From an uncultured Actinomycetota bacterium (GTDB lineage Bacteria > Actinomycetota > Actinomycetes > Actinomycetales > Dermatophilaceae): a stretch of DNA of 64,000 nt. The notes beneath the pieces are model-generated. The model was given only the letters and a program-made list of their open reading frames with translations. It searched no databases and was not told the DNA's origin. Made by a program: the position numbers and the translations under genes. The stretch is from contig CAVZBX010000006.1 in the NCBI GenBank assembly GCA_963773655.1, positions 97,201-161,200 on the forward strand, in the 5' to 3' direction. Positions 9,585 to 18,070 of the stretch are shown in pieces; the stretch's first letter is position 1, and every line of letters begins with the position of its first letter.

Positions 9585-9600
9585 TGTGGTGCGTGCCACA
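9585..9600. promoter_or_regulatory. CRP/GlxR-like palindrome TGTGG-N6-CCACA in the divergent promoter region.
   Basis: The sequence tgtggtgcgtgccaca matches the TGTGA-N6-TCACA consensus at 8 of 10 arm positions. It lies between the binding-protein gene and the AraC gene. Confidence 0.3.
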
Positions 9601-9700
9601 CCGGGAGATGACGATTTCGTATCGAAACAAGGCTCCAGAGCCCCGAGGCCCTCGCGAGCAGGGCGGGCGGCCTCCCCGGGACGCCCAGCGGTCTGCGCCG

Positions 9701-10621
9701 ATGCCCCCCGCGCCCCGTCGCGAGATCATCCCCCCGCACCCGCAGACCTCGATCCGGGCCCTGATGCACGACTTCCCGAGCGAGATCTGCGGCTGGGGCG
9801 CCCATCCCGAGTACGAGATCCACCTGATCACCAAGACCCACGGCAGCTTCATCGCCGGAGACCACATCGGCACCTTCGCGCCCGGGCACGTCAGCATCAT
9901 GGGCCCGAACCTCCCGCACGACTGGGTGAGCGACCTGCCCGAGGGGCAGGTGGCCGTCGACCGTGACGCCGTCATCCAGTTCAGCGACGAGTGGTTCCAG
10001 GCCGCGACGGAACGCCTCCCGGAGCTCGGCGAGGTCTCCGAGATGCTGCACCGCGCGAGCCGGGGCATCGTCTTCTCGGGGGCCACCGCCTGGCGCGCGG
10101 CCGAGCCGATCCTCCACTGTGTGCAGAGCCGCGGGGTCGAGCAGCTGGGCCACCTCTTCCAGGTCCTCGCCCTCTTCGCGCAGGCACCGCCGGACGAGTA
10201 CGAGGTGCTCGCCAGCGAGTGGCTGGGCAGGCCCACCGACGCCGGCTCCCAGGAGGCCGTGGAGGCGGGGCTCAGCTACATCTTCGAGAACCTCACCGGC
10301 GACATCCGGCTGGCCACGGCCGCCCGGCTCGCCTACATGTCGGAACCGACCTTCTCGAAGTACTTCAAGTCGGCCACCGGCATGACCTTCTCGAGCATGG
10401 TGAAGAAGCTCCGGATCGCCCACGCCCGCCGGCTGCTCGACACCACCGACCACCCGGTGGCCCGGGTGGCGGAGATGAGCGGCTACCACAACATGGCGAA
10501 CTTCAACCGCCAGTTCCTCGGGGAGGTCGGGACGACCCCCACCAGGTACCGCGGCCTGGAGTCGACGGAGAAGCCCCCACCGGAGCTGTTCAGCCTCGGA
10601 CTGCGCGCACCCAGCGAGTGA
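9701..10621 (+). CDS. AraC family transcriptional regulator (cupin-like N-domain plus dual HTH).
   Basis: C-terminal AraC HTH reads ARLAYMSEPTFSKYFKSATGMTFSSMVKKLRIAHARRLL...GYHNMANFNRQF. The start is taken as ATG 9701; the upstream in-frame ATG 9609 is possible. Confidence 0.8.
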   Translation: MPPAPRREIIPPHPQTSIRALMHDFPSEICGWGAHPEYEIHLITKTHGSFIAGDHIGTFAPGHVSIMGPNLPHDWVSDLPEGQVAVDRDAVIQFSDEWFQAATERLPELGEVSEMLHRASRGIVFSGATAWRAAEPILHCVQSRGVEQLGHLFQVLALFAQAPPDEYEVLASEWLGRPTDAGSQEAVEAGLSYIFENLTGDIRLATAARLAYMSEPTFSKYFKSATGMTFSSMVKKLRIAHARRLLDTTDHPVARVAEMSGYHNMANFNRQFLGEVGTTPTRYRGLESTEKPPPELFSLGLRAPSE

Positions 10622-10690
10622 GCCCTCGCCGGACCGCGACGTCGCCGAGGCAGGGAGTGGCGACGCCGCGGCCGGGGGTCCGATGACCGG

Positions 10691-12160
10691 TCAACCGGCG
10701 AGCAGTGAGTCAACCGTGGCGTGGACGCCGCGTTCGCGCAAGGACCTGCGCGCGTCGAGATACGCCGATCGGAAGCGCTCGTCGTCCGCGACCTCGCCGA
10801 AGAGGTCGCGCTGCTCGATGAACGCCGCCGGGTCCTCGTCGAGGGCGGCAGCGCGCATGGCGTCGGCCTTGACGTCGACCGGCGCCTCGCCGGCCGGGAT
10901 CTCGCCGGTGCCGATCAGCCGCCAGTACTCCGCCCACGCCGCACACATCGCGGCACCGAGCACCACGGGTCGCCCGGCGGCGAGGTTGGCGCGGATGGCC
11001 GGCAGGGTGAAGGTCGGCATCCGGTTCGAGCCGTCGGTGGCCAGGCGCACCAGGGTGTCGCGGATGCCGGGGTTGGAGTAGCGCTCGATGAGCGTGGCCA
11101 TGTAGGCGTCGAGGTCGATGCCGGGCAGGTCACCGAGGGTGGGCGCGGCCTCGTCTGCCATGTACCGCTCGAGGAAGCGAACCACGTGCGGGTCGCGCAT
11201 CGCCTCGTGCACGAGCGTCTCCCCCAGCGGCGCCGCGAGGTACGCGAGCGCCTGGTGGGTGGCGTTGAGCAGGCGCAGCTTCATCAGCTCGTAGGGGCCG
11301 ACGTCGGCGACGAACTGCACGCCCACCTCCTCCAGCGCCGGCCGCCCGAGCGGGAAGTGGTCCTCGACGATCCACTGGGTGAACGGCTCCGCCGGCACCG
11401 GCCAGCGGTCCTCGACGCCGAACTCCCTGCTCAAGGACTCCCGGTCGGCATCGGTCGTGGCCGGCGTGATCCGGTCGACCATGCTGTTGGGGAAGGCGAC
11501 GTCGCTCCCGATCCACTCGGCGAGCGTCGGGTCGATGAGCCGGGCGAGCTCGGTGACGGTCCGCCGGCAGACCTCGCCGTTCCCCTGCAGGTTGTCGCAG
11601 GAGAGCACGGTGAAGGGCTCCACCCCGGCCGCACGCCGCCGGCGCAGGCCCTCGACGATGTACGCGAAGACGGTGCGCGGGTCCTCGAGGTGCCCGAGGT
11701 CGTGGACGACCCCGGGATCGCGGGGGTCGAACTCGTCGGTGGCCGGGTTCTTGAGGTAGCCGCCCTCGGTGACGGTGAGGCTGACGATGCGCACGGCCGG
11801 GTCGACCAGCCGCGCGTAGACGGCCTCCGGGTCGTCCGGACCGTAGAGGTACTCGAGCGCCGACCCGACGACCCGCGGCTCCAACGAGCCGTCGGGGTGG
11901 CGGACCACGAGGGTGTACAGCGTGTCCTGGGCGTGCATGGCATCGCGCATCAGGGTGTCGTGCGGCATCAACCCGACCCCGCAGATGCCCCACTCCTGCC
12001 CGCCCCCCACCTCCATGAGGGCGTCGAGGTACATGGCCTCGTGGGAGCGGTGGAAGTTGCCGAAGCCGAAGTGCACGATGCCGACCCGGGCGGCCGCACG
12101 GTCGTAGCCGGGGGTCGACACGCGCAGGCCGGACAGGGTGTCGCTGGACAGTGCGGTCAC
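10691..12160 (-). CDS. Mannitol dehydrogenase family protein (mannitol 2-dehydrogenase / fructuronate reductase type).
   Basis: N-terminal Rossmann signature GIVHFGFGNFHRSHEAMY; a long-chain (489 aa) polyol dehydrogenase layout. Confidence 0.9.
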   Translation of the reverse strand: MTALSSDTLSGLRVSTPGYDRAAARVGIVHFGFGNFHRSHEAMYLDALMEVGGGQEWGICGVGLMPHDTLMRDAMHAQDTLYTLVVRHPDGSLEPRVVGSALEYLYGPDDPEAVYARLVDPAVRIVSLTVTEGGYLKNPATDEFDPRDPGVVHDLGHLEDPRTVFAYIVEGLRRRRAAGVEPFTVLSCDNLQGNGEVCRRTVTELARLIDPTLAEWIGSDVAFPNSMVDRITPATTDADRESLSREFGVEDRWPVPAEPFTQWIVEDHFPLGRPALEEVGVQFVADVGPYELMKLRLLNATHQALAYLAAPLGETLVHEAMRDPHVVRFLERYMADEAAPTLGDLPGIDLDAYMATLIERYSNPGIRDTLVRLATDGSNRMPTFTLPAIRANLAAGRPVVLGAAMCAAWAEYWRLIGTGEIPAGEAPVDVKADAMRAAALDEDPAAFIEQRDLFGEVADDERFRSAYLDARRSLRERGVHATVDSLLAG

Positions 12161-12339
12161 CGGACAGTCCTTTCACGATGGGGGCCCACCCGGGATGTAA
12201 CCAAGGTCGGGGAGTCGTTGGCGAGACCCGGCCCGGTCCTCGGACGCAAAAGCATCGACGGTCGACGGAATTGCATCCAGGCCGCGGAGAGGCCCGTGCC
12301 CCCGTGCGCGCAGTCGGTGGCGTCGGCTTTGATGGGGGC

Positions 12340-14220
12340 ATGAGAGCCCGGGTCGCCTGGATCGTCGCCGCTGCGGTGGTGCTCGGGCTCGCGGCCGGTG
12401 GCGGGTGGTGGTGGTGGCGCCAGCAGGAGGCCGACCGAGACGCCGCGGCCCGGGCGGCGGTGCAGGACTACGCCGCTGCCTGGGACGGCAAGGACCTGTC
12501 CGGGGTGGCCTTCGCCGACGACGGTGCCGCCGACGACTTCGCCGCCGCCGTCGACGGGCTCGGCGACGCGGGCGTCACCGCCGGCGTCCGGGACGTCGAG
12601 CGCACCGACGACGAGGCCCGGGGGGAGGTCGACGTCGCGTGGACGCTGCCCGGTGACGTCGGCTGGAGCTACACCGTGCCCGTCGTGCTCGAGGAGCGCG
12701 ACGGCCGATGGTTGGTCCGCGGGCCGTCCGGCGGCACCGCCTGGGCCCCCGACCTCCCGGCCGGCGCGACGATGACGATCGAGCGCACCGCTCCCCAGCG
12801 CGGCGACCTGCTCGACCGCGACGGCGAGCCGCTCATGCCGTTGGGGGCCGTGTACGTCGTCCAGCTCGACCCGGTGCAGGCGACACCCGAGTCGGCCGCC
12901 GAGCTCGAGCGGGTGACGGGGGTCGACGGGCTGGTGGAGGCGCTGGCGCAACGCACGGCGGCGTCATCGCAGGCGCCCGTCCCGGTCATCACCTACCGCG
13001 AGTCCGACTACGAGGAGCGACGTGCGCGGCTGGAGGGTCTGCCTGGAGCGTTCGTCACCGAGTCCACACAGCCGCTGGCACGCACGCGCGGCTTCGGCCA
13101 GCCGCTGCTCGGCGCCTACGGGGAGGTGACCGAGGAGGTCGTCGACGCGAGCGACGGCCGGTACGTCGCCGGGGACCGAGCGGGCCTGAGCGGCCTGCAG
13201 CGACAGTACGACGCCGTCCTGGCCGGACAGCCCGGCCTCTCCGTGGTCACCGACGCCGGCACCACGCTCTTCGAGCAACCCCCCACCGACGGCACCGACG
13301 TCGAGACCACCCTCGACCAGGGCGTGCAGGCGGCCGCGGAGGAGGCGCTCGCCGACGCCGACACCGACCGACCGGCGGCGCTCGTCGCGGTCGACGTGCC
13401 GAGTGGTGAGGTGCTCGCCGTCGCCAACAGCCCGTCGAGCGGCTTCGACCGCGCCGTCACCGGCCGCTACCCGCCCGGCTCCACGTTCAAGGTCGCCACC
13501 ACGTACGCCTACCTGACCCAGGGCATCACCACCCCTGATGCCGTCGTGCCGTGCCCGCGGACGATCACCATCGACGGCCGCGCCTTCCGCAACTACGAGA
13601 ACGCCTTCATACCCGGTCGTCCGACCTTCTTCGAGGACTTCACCCAGTCGTGCAACACCGCGTTCGTCAGCCTCAGCCCGCGGCTCGGCGACGACGACCT
13701 GTCGACGGCCGCGGCGGCGCTCGGCATCGGGGGCGACTGGGGCGACACCCTGGGCGTCGCGGGCGCCTTTCCGGGCAGCATCCCCACCACCACCGGCGGC
13801 ACCGACACCGCGGCCGCCGCCATCGGCCAGGCCCGCAACGAGGTCTCGCCCCTGTCCCTGGCCGTGATGACCGGCAGCATCGGGCGCGGCACCTACGTCG
13901 CGCCGGTGCTCGTGCGCACCGAGGAGACCCCGCAGGCGCGGCCAGAGGCGCTCGACGGGCGGGCCGTGGGCCAGATCCGCTCGATGATGGCGTCGGTGGT
14001 GGCGTCGGGGACGGCCGCCGAGCTGCGGGGAACGCCGGGTGGCCCGGTCCGGGCCAAGACGGGCACGGCCCAGCACGGAGACGACAGCGGGGAGGACTAC
14101 GTCTGGGTCACGGGGTACCAGGGCGACGTGGCGTTCGCGGTCCTCATCGAGGGCGGCACGAGCGGCGGCACCGACGCCGCACCGGTGGCCCGCGACTTCC
14201 TCACCACGCTGGCCCGCTGA
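12340..14220 (+). CDS. Class B penicillin-binding protein (NTF2-like MecA_N domain plus transpeptidase).
   Basis: N-terminal TM anchor VAWIVAAAVVLGLAAGGGWWWW. Transpeptidase motifs STFK, SCN (TQSCNTAF) and KTGT (AKTGTA) are present. Confidence 0.85.
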   Translation: MRARVAWIVAAAVVLGLAAGGGWWWWRQQEADRDAAARAAVQDYAAAWDGKDLSGVAFADDGAADDFAAAVDGLGDAGVTAGVRDVERTDDEARGEVDVAWTLPGDVGWSYTVPVVLEERDGRWLVRGPSGGTAWAPDLPAGATMTIERTAPQRGDLLDRDGEPLMPLGAVYVVQLDPVQATPESAAELERVTGVDGLVEALAQRTAASSQAPVPVITYRESDYEERRARLEGLPGAFVTESTQPLARTRGFGQPLLGAYGEVTEEVVDASDGRYVAGDRAGLSGLQRQYDAVLAGQPGLSVVTDAGTTLFEQPPTDGTDVETTLDQGVQAAAEEALADADTDRPAALVAVDVPSGEVLAVANSPSSGFDRAVTGRYPPGSTFKVATTYAYLTQGITTPDAVVPCPRTITIDGRAFRNYENAFIPGRPTFFEDFTQSCNTAFVSLSPRLGDDDLSTAAAALGIGGDWGDTLGVAGAFPGSIPTTTGGTDTAAAAIGQARNEVSPLSLAVMTGSIGRGTYVAPVLVRTEETPQARPEALDGRAVGQIRSMMASVVASGTAAELRGTPGGPVRAKTGTAQHGDDSGEDYVWVTGYQGDVAFAVLIEGGTSGGTDAAPVARDFLTTLAR

Positions 14221-14252
14221 CCCGGCCACGGCGACGGACCGGCCCCGACGCC

Positions 14253-14290
14253 GACGGCCCCCGGCCCGGTGGAACCGGGAGGGGGCCGTC
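14253..14290. terminator. Hairpin between the convergent PBP and cspA genes.
   Basis: GACGGCCCCC...GGGGGCCGTC outer stem with an inner CCCGG/CCGGG pairing. Confidence 0.4.
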
Positions 14291-14307
14291 GCCGAGGACT
14301 CGGTGGG

Positions 14308-14511
14308 TCAGACGGGGCGGACCTGGTCGGCCTGCGGACCCTTCGGACCCTGGGTGACCTCGAACTCGACGCGCTGCGCCTCCTCGAGGGTGCGGTAGCC
14401 CTGGACGTCGATGGCGGAGTAGTGAACGAACACGTCGGGGCCGCCGCCTTCCTGGGCGATGAAACCGTAGCCCTTCTCGGCGTTGAACCACTTCACGGTG
14501 CCCTGTGCCAT
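14308..14511 (-). CDS. cspA: Cold-shock protein (CSD).
   Basis: [34 protein letters not shown] carries the RNP1 (KGYGFI) and RNP2 (VFVHY) motifs; 67 aa. Confidence 0.95.
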   Translation of the reverse strand: MAQGTVKWFNAEKGYGFIAQEGGGPDVFVHYSAIDVQGYRTLEEAQRVEFEVTQGPKGPQADQVRPV

Positions 14512-14739
14512 GTGGGAAGAACTTTCTTTCTGTGCGGATCGCAGCCGGCGCACCTCGCCCCGGCCGTGGATGCGACTCCAGCCCCCCTCGGCGTGTGCGT
14601 GTGCGACCTACGGGTACTGCGTGTTGCAACCGCAGCGAACCTAGCAGAGAGCAGGGCCGCTCGCGCCCTGTGGCGAGCACGATCCGCAGCGCGGTCCCCG
14701 GGCCGCCGGAGCGGAGCCCGCGGCGCCCACGGGCCGGCG

Positions 14740-15123
14740 TCAGCGCCCCGGGGAGCGGACGGTGAGCACGTCGCACGGCGACTCCAGCACCAGCTGCTGG
14801 GCGGTGGAGCCCGGGAGGAGCCGACCGAGCACCGGCCCGGCCCGCATGCCGATGACGAGCAGTCTCGCCCCGCACGAGGTGGCGGCGTCGAGGAGGGCGT
14901 CGGCCGGCACCTGGTCACGCCCGCCGCGGCGGACCTCGTGGGGGAACGGCTCCGCCGCGAGCCGCCGCCGGAGGTCTTCGAGGTCGGGCTCGAGCGGGGC
15001 CCCCGGGGACCCGGCCACGGTGACGACGACGAGCCGCTCACCGGTGCGTCGGGCCTCGTCGGCCGCGACCTCGAGCGCCGCCCGGCCCTCGGGGCGGGTC
15101 ACGTACCCGACGACGACGGTCAC
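14740..15123 (-). CDS. Universal stress protein family (UspA-like).
   Basis: VTVVVGYVTRPEGRAALEVAADEARRTGERLVVVTV...ARLLVIGMRAGPVLGRLLPGSTAQQLVLESPCDVLTV is the typical USP C-terminal ATP-binding region. GTG 15123 is preferred over the far-upstream start at 15174. Confidence 0.7.
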   Translation of the reverse strand: MTVVVGYVTRPEGRAALEVAADEARRTGERLVVVTVAGSPGAPLEPDLEDLRRRLAAEPFPHEVRRGGRDQVPADALLDAATSCGARLLVIGMRAGPVLGRLLPGSTAQQLVLESPCDVLTVRSPGR

Positions 15124-15250
15124 CCTTGCCTCGCCACGTCGTCCTCCGCGTCGGGGTCGGTGGCCGGCCGCCACCGCGTGTCAGTGGTATCCGTTTCCTT
15201 GCGGGGTTGTCAACGGCTCCGGTAGACCCTCCCGGGTGACTCCGACAACG

Positions 15251-16309
15251 ATGTCAGGGAGTCGGCCCCGGGCGACGATGCGCGAGGTCGCCTCCTTGGC
15301 GGGCGTCAGCCTCAAGACGGTCTCCCGGGTGGTCAACGCCGAGCCGGGCGTCTCGCCCCAGCTGCGCGAGCGCGTGACCCGTGCGGTCCGTGCCCTCGAC
15401 TACCGGACCGACCTCGCGGCGAGCAACCTCCGGCGGGGCGGGGGACGCACCCGTGTGCTGGGGGTGCTCGTGCCCGACCTCGCCGCTCCCGCCTCCGCCG
15501 AGCTGCTGGCGAGCCTGGAGGATGCCGCGAGCTCACCCGGCACCCGGCTGCTCGTCGCCTCCCTCGGCGGGGAACACCACCGGGAGGAGGAGCTGCTCCA
15601 CGACCTCGTCTCCCGACGGGTCGACGGCATCGTCCTCGTGCCCGCCGCCGAGGAGCAGGGGCACCTGCCCTCCGAGCTGCGTTCGGGGACGCCGGTGGTG
15701 GTGATCGACCGGGTGCCGCGGGGCGTGGCCGCGGACTCGGTCGCCATCGACCACGTCTCCGGCGCGCGGGACGCGGCGCGCCACCTCGCCGCGGCCGGGC
15801 ACCGCCGGGTGGCGGGGCTGTTCCAGGACCTGCCCCAGGCGGTGGCGCGGCAGCGGCTGGACGGCTTCCGCGAGGCGTTCGGGGGGCGGCGACCGCCGCC
15901 GGGGGCGGTCCGCACCGGGCTGGGTTCGGTGGACGAGGCACGGGACGCCGCGCACCGGCTGGTCGACGGCGACGACCAGCCGCCGACCGCGATCGTCACC
16001 TCGGGGCCGGCGGCGACGACGGGCGCGCTGCAGGCCCTCACCGAGCGGGGGCTCCGCCGGGCGGTCGCGCACGTCGCCCTCGACGACGTCCCGGGCTCCG
16101 CCCTGCTCGACCCGGCGCTGACCGTCGTGCGCTACGACGTCTCCCGGGTCGGGGCGGTGGCCGCCGAGCTGCTCCTCGAGCGCGTGGCCGGGCGCGGTGG
16201 CCGGGCGCGGCGGGTGGTGCTGCAGCCCTCCCTCGTGCAGCGGGGATCCGGTGAGATCCCGCCCCCGGCCGGCACCTCCACCCGCCCGATCGGCCCCGGG
16301 CCGAGCTGA
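15251..16309 (+). CDS. LacI family transcriptional regulator.
   Basis: HTH TMREVASLAGVSLKTVSRVVN followed by a periplasmic-binding-protein-like core. Start is ATG 15251 or ATG 15278. Confidence 0.85.
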   Translation: MSGSRPRATMREVASLAGVSLKTVSRVVNAEPGVSPQLRERVTRAVRALDYRTDLAASNLRRGGGRTRVLGVLVPDLAAPASAELLASLEDAASSPGTRLLVASLGGEHHREEELLHDLVSRRVDGIVLVPAAEEQGHLPSELRSGTPVVVIDRVPRGVAADSVAIDHVSGARDAARHLAAAGHRRVAGLFQDLPQAVARQRLDGFREAFGGRRPPPGAVRTGLGSVDEARDAAHRLVDGDDQPPTAIVTSGPAATTGALQALTERGLRRAVAHVALDDVPGSALLDPALTVVRYDVSRVGAVAAELLLERVAGRGGRARRVVLQPSLVQRGSGEIPPPAGTSTRPIGPGPS

Positions 16310-16321
16310 CGCGGCGACCGC

Positions 16322-16711
16322 TCAGCGGTGCGGCGGCGGGGCGTGGTCGACGTTGACCGTCGGGATGCCGACGCCGGCACGGGCGATGACGGCCAGTGAC
16401 GGCTCGCGGCCGGGGTTCGACTCGCGGTGCACAGTGAACGCGGGCACCTGGACGTAGTCGCCCGCGACCGCGTCGACCCAGCCCTCGACGCCCTCGCACT
16501 CCAGCCGGAGCACCCCACGGACCACGTAGAGCATCGAGGTGTTGGAGTCGTGGTGGTGCCAGCCGGAGACTGCGCCGGCCCCGGTGACCACCTGACCGGC
16601 CCACAGCCCCGGCACCTCGAAGGCGCGGCGGCGCAGCATCCCCGTCGTCGGGTCGGCCACGACGAGCTCGGCGTCGCGGACGACGCGCACCGGCTCGGGC
16701 AGCTGCTCCAT
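16322..16711 (-). CDS. Cupin domain protein.
   Basis: 129 aa with the cupin-like core GWHHHDSNTSMLYVVRGVLRLE...GDYVQVPAFTVHRESN. Confidence 0.8.
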   Translation of the reverse strand: MEQLPEPVRVVRDAELVVADPTTGMLRRRAFEVPGLWAGQVVTGAGAVSGWHHHDSNTSMLYVVRGVLRLECEGVEGWVDAVAGDYVQVPAFTVHRESNPGREPSLAVIARAGVGIPTVNVDHAPPPHR

Positions 16712-16933
16712 CCGAGCACGCTAGCCCGGCCGGGCCCACACCGTCAGCCCCTGCAGGACTCCGACGACACCGGTGCGGCCGGCGTGGGGGTCCCGGCGAA
16801 GGGTCCGGCAGCCGGTTCGAGTGCCCGGTCACCGGAAGCGAGCGGAGGGCGTGGGACTCCGTCGCCCGCGGCGGGCCCCCGTCATCCCCGTCCTCCGCCG
16901 AGGAACCCCGCTCGCAGGCTCCCGGGGACTCGG

Positions 16934-17020
16934 CGGAGGGCGTGGGATTCGAACCCACGATGACGTTGCCGCCATAGCGGTTTTCAAGACCGCCGCACTA
17001 GGCCACTATGCGAGCCCTCC
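16934..17020 (-). tRNA. tRNA-Ser (anticodon TGA).
   Basis: The reverse complement folds by hand. Acceptor GGAGGGC/GCCCTCC, anticodon stem GCGGT/ACCGC with loop CTTGAAA, a long variable arm and T-arm GTGGG-TTCGAAT-CCCAC. Confidence 0.9.
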
Positions 17021-17130
17021 TGGCCCGGACCGGCCGGGCGCCCGACAAGGGTATGCCCGATGCACCTGCACCGTCCCCGCCCCCCGCCCGGGCCGGCGGG
17101 TAGGGTCGGAGGCCGACGAAAGGAGCCCCC

Positions 17131-17562
17131 ATGGGCAAGCTGTCCTTCATCGCCGGCCTCGCTGCCGGCTACGTCCTCGGGGCGAAGGCCGGGCGCCAGC
17201 GCTACGAGCAGATCGCCCGCACCTCGGAGAAGGTGTGGAACTCCCAGCCCGTCCAGAAGCAGGTCGAGCGGGGCAAGGAGGTCGCGAAGACCAAGGCCGC
17301 ACCGGTGGTCGCCGACATGGTGGCCGACGCCGCCCGTGCCACCGGCGAGAAGCTGCGCCAGGGCAAGACCATCGCCTCGGAGGCCCTCTCGAGCGGCGAC
17401 GACTCCCCCACCTCAGGCACCGGTGCGGACAACAGCGCGCCGGGCGGCAGCACCCCTCCCGGCGCCTCCTCCGCCGGTGGCGGCGCCAACGGTGGGGCCA
17501 CCGCGCAGGAGCACACCGACGCCTGGTCGGCGGCCACGAGGCCGACGAGCACCTCGGACTGA
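17131..17562 (+). CDS. YtxH-like small protein with a low-complexity Gly/Ser/Ala tail.
   Basis: N-terminus MGKLSFIAGLAAGYVLGAKAGRQRYEQI is the YtxH-type amphipathic/TM start. AAAGGAG lies upstream of the ATG. Confidence 0.7.
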   Translation: MGKLSFIAGLAAGYVLGAKAGRQRYEQIARTSEKVWNSQPVQKQVERGKEVAKTKAAPVVADMVADAARATGEKLRQGKTIASEALSSGDDSPTSGTGADNSAPGGSTPPGASSAGGGANGGATAQEHTDAWSAATRPTSTSD

Positions 17563-17590
17563 CGACCGACTCCCAGCGAGAGAGCACCAC

Positions 17591-17623
17591 GACGGCGCCC
17601 GGCCCCTCCGCCCGGGCGCCGTC
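17591..17623 (+). terminator. Perfect 12-bp GC hairpin downstream of the YtxH-like gene.
   Basis: GACGGCGCCCGG (17591-17602) pairs with CCGGGCGCCGTC (17612-17623). Confidence 0.45.
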
Positions 17624-18070
17624 GCCGTTCGTGGGCGGTCCAGCACCTCGGTCGGTGCCACCGTCGGCTCTCGGTCCGGCTCCGGACACCGAGCCGGTCA
17701 CACCGTCGGCGCCCCCTGCGGCACCCCGGACGCTCCCTGCAGACGTCCGGCCCGGTGTGACCGGCTCATTCCGTGTGGGACCGGCTCCGCGGCCCGGCAC
17801 CGGGCCGCGGTGACCTCCCGACTCCACGGCTGCCTTCGTACCCGCCCCTGAACCGGGTCGTCCGCCGCCGTGGCTCCGAGAGGTCCACGTGGAGGAGGAG
17901 GGGCCGGTCGGACGCCTGATACATGCTCTGCCGACGACGTTCGATTCGCCTCCGGGCTAGACGTATCACCGGTGCCCGGCGACCCTCCTGTTCAGCGACG
18001 ATGATCATCACTACGCTGGCCGAGCCGGTGCCATCCCTGCACTGCCCGGCCCTCGGGAGGAGCCCCCTGC

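Noticed and set aside
17936-17950. T-loop-like GTTCGATTC followed by GCCTCCGG upstream of the S8 gene, considered as a tRNA fragment or att site.
   Set aside because: The flanking bases cannot form a T-stem or acceptor stem. Only 9 nt match the tRNA-Gly T-loop region, which is consistent with chance.
17766-18011. 81-aa minus-strand ORF in the leader of the protease/sigma operon.
   Set aside because: It is Arg-rich (RRRIERRRQ, PRRRTTRFRGG), has no SD, no motif and no plausible partner gene. It is probably non-coding.
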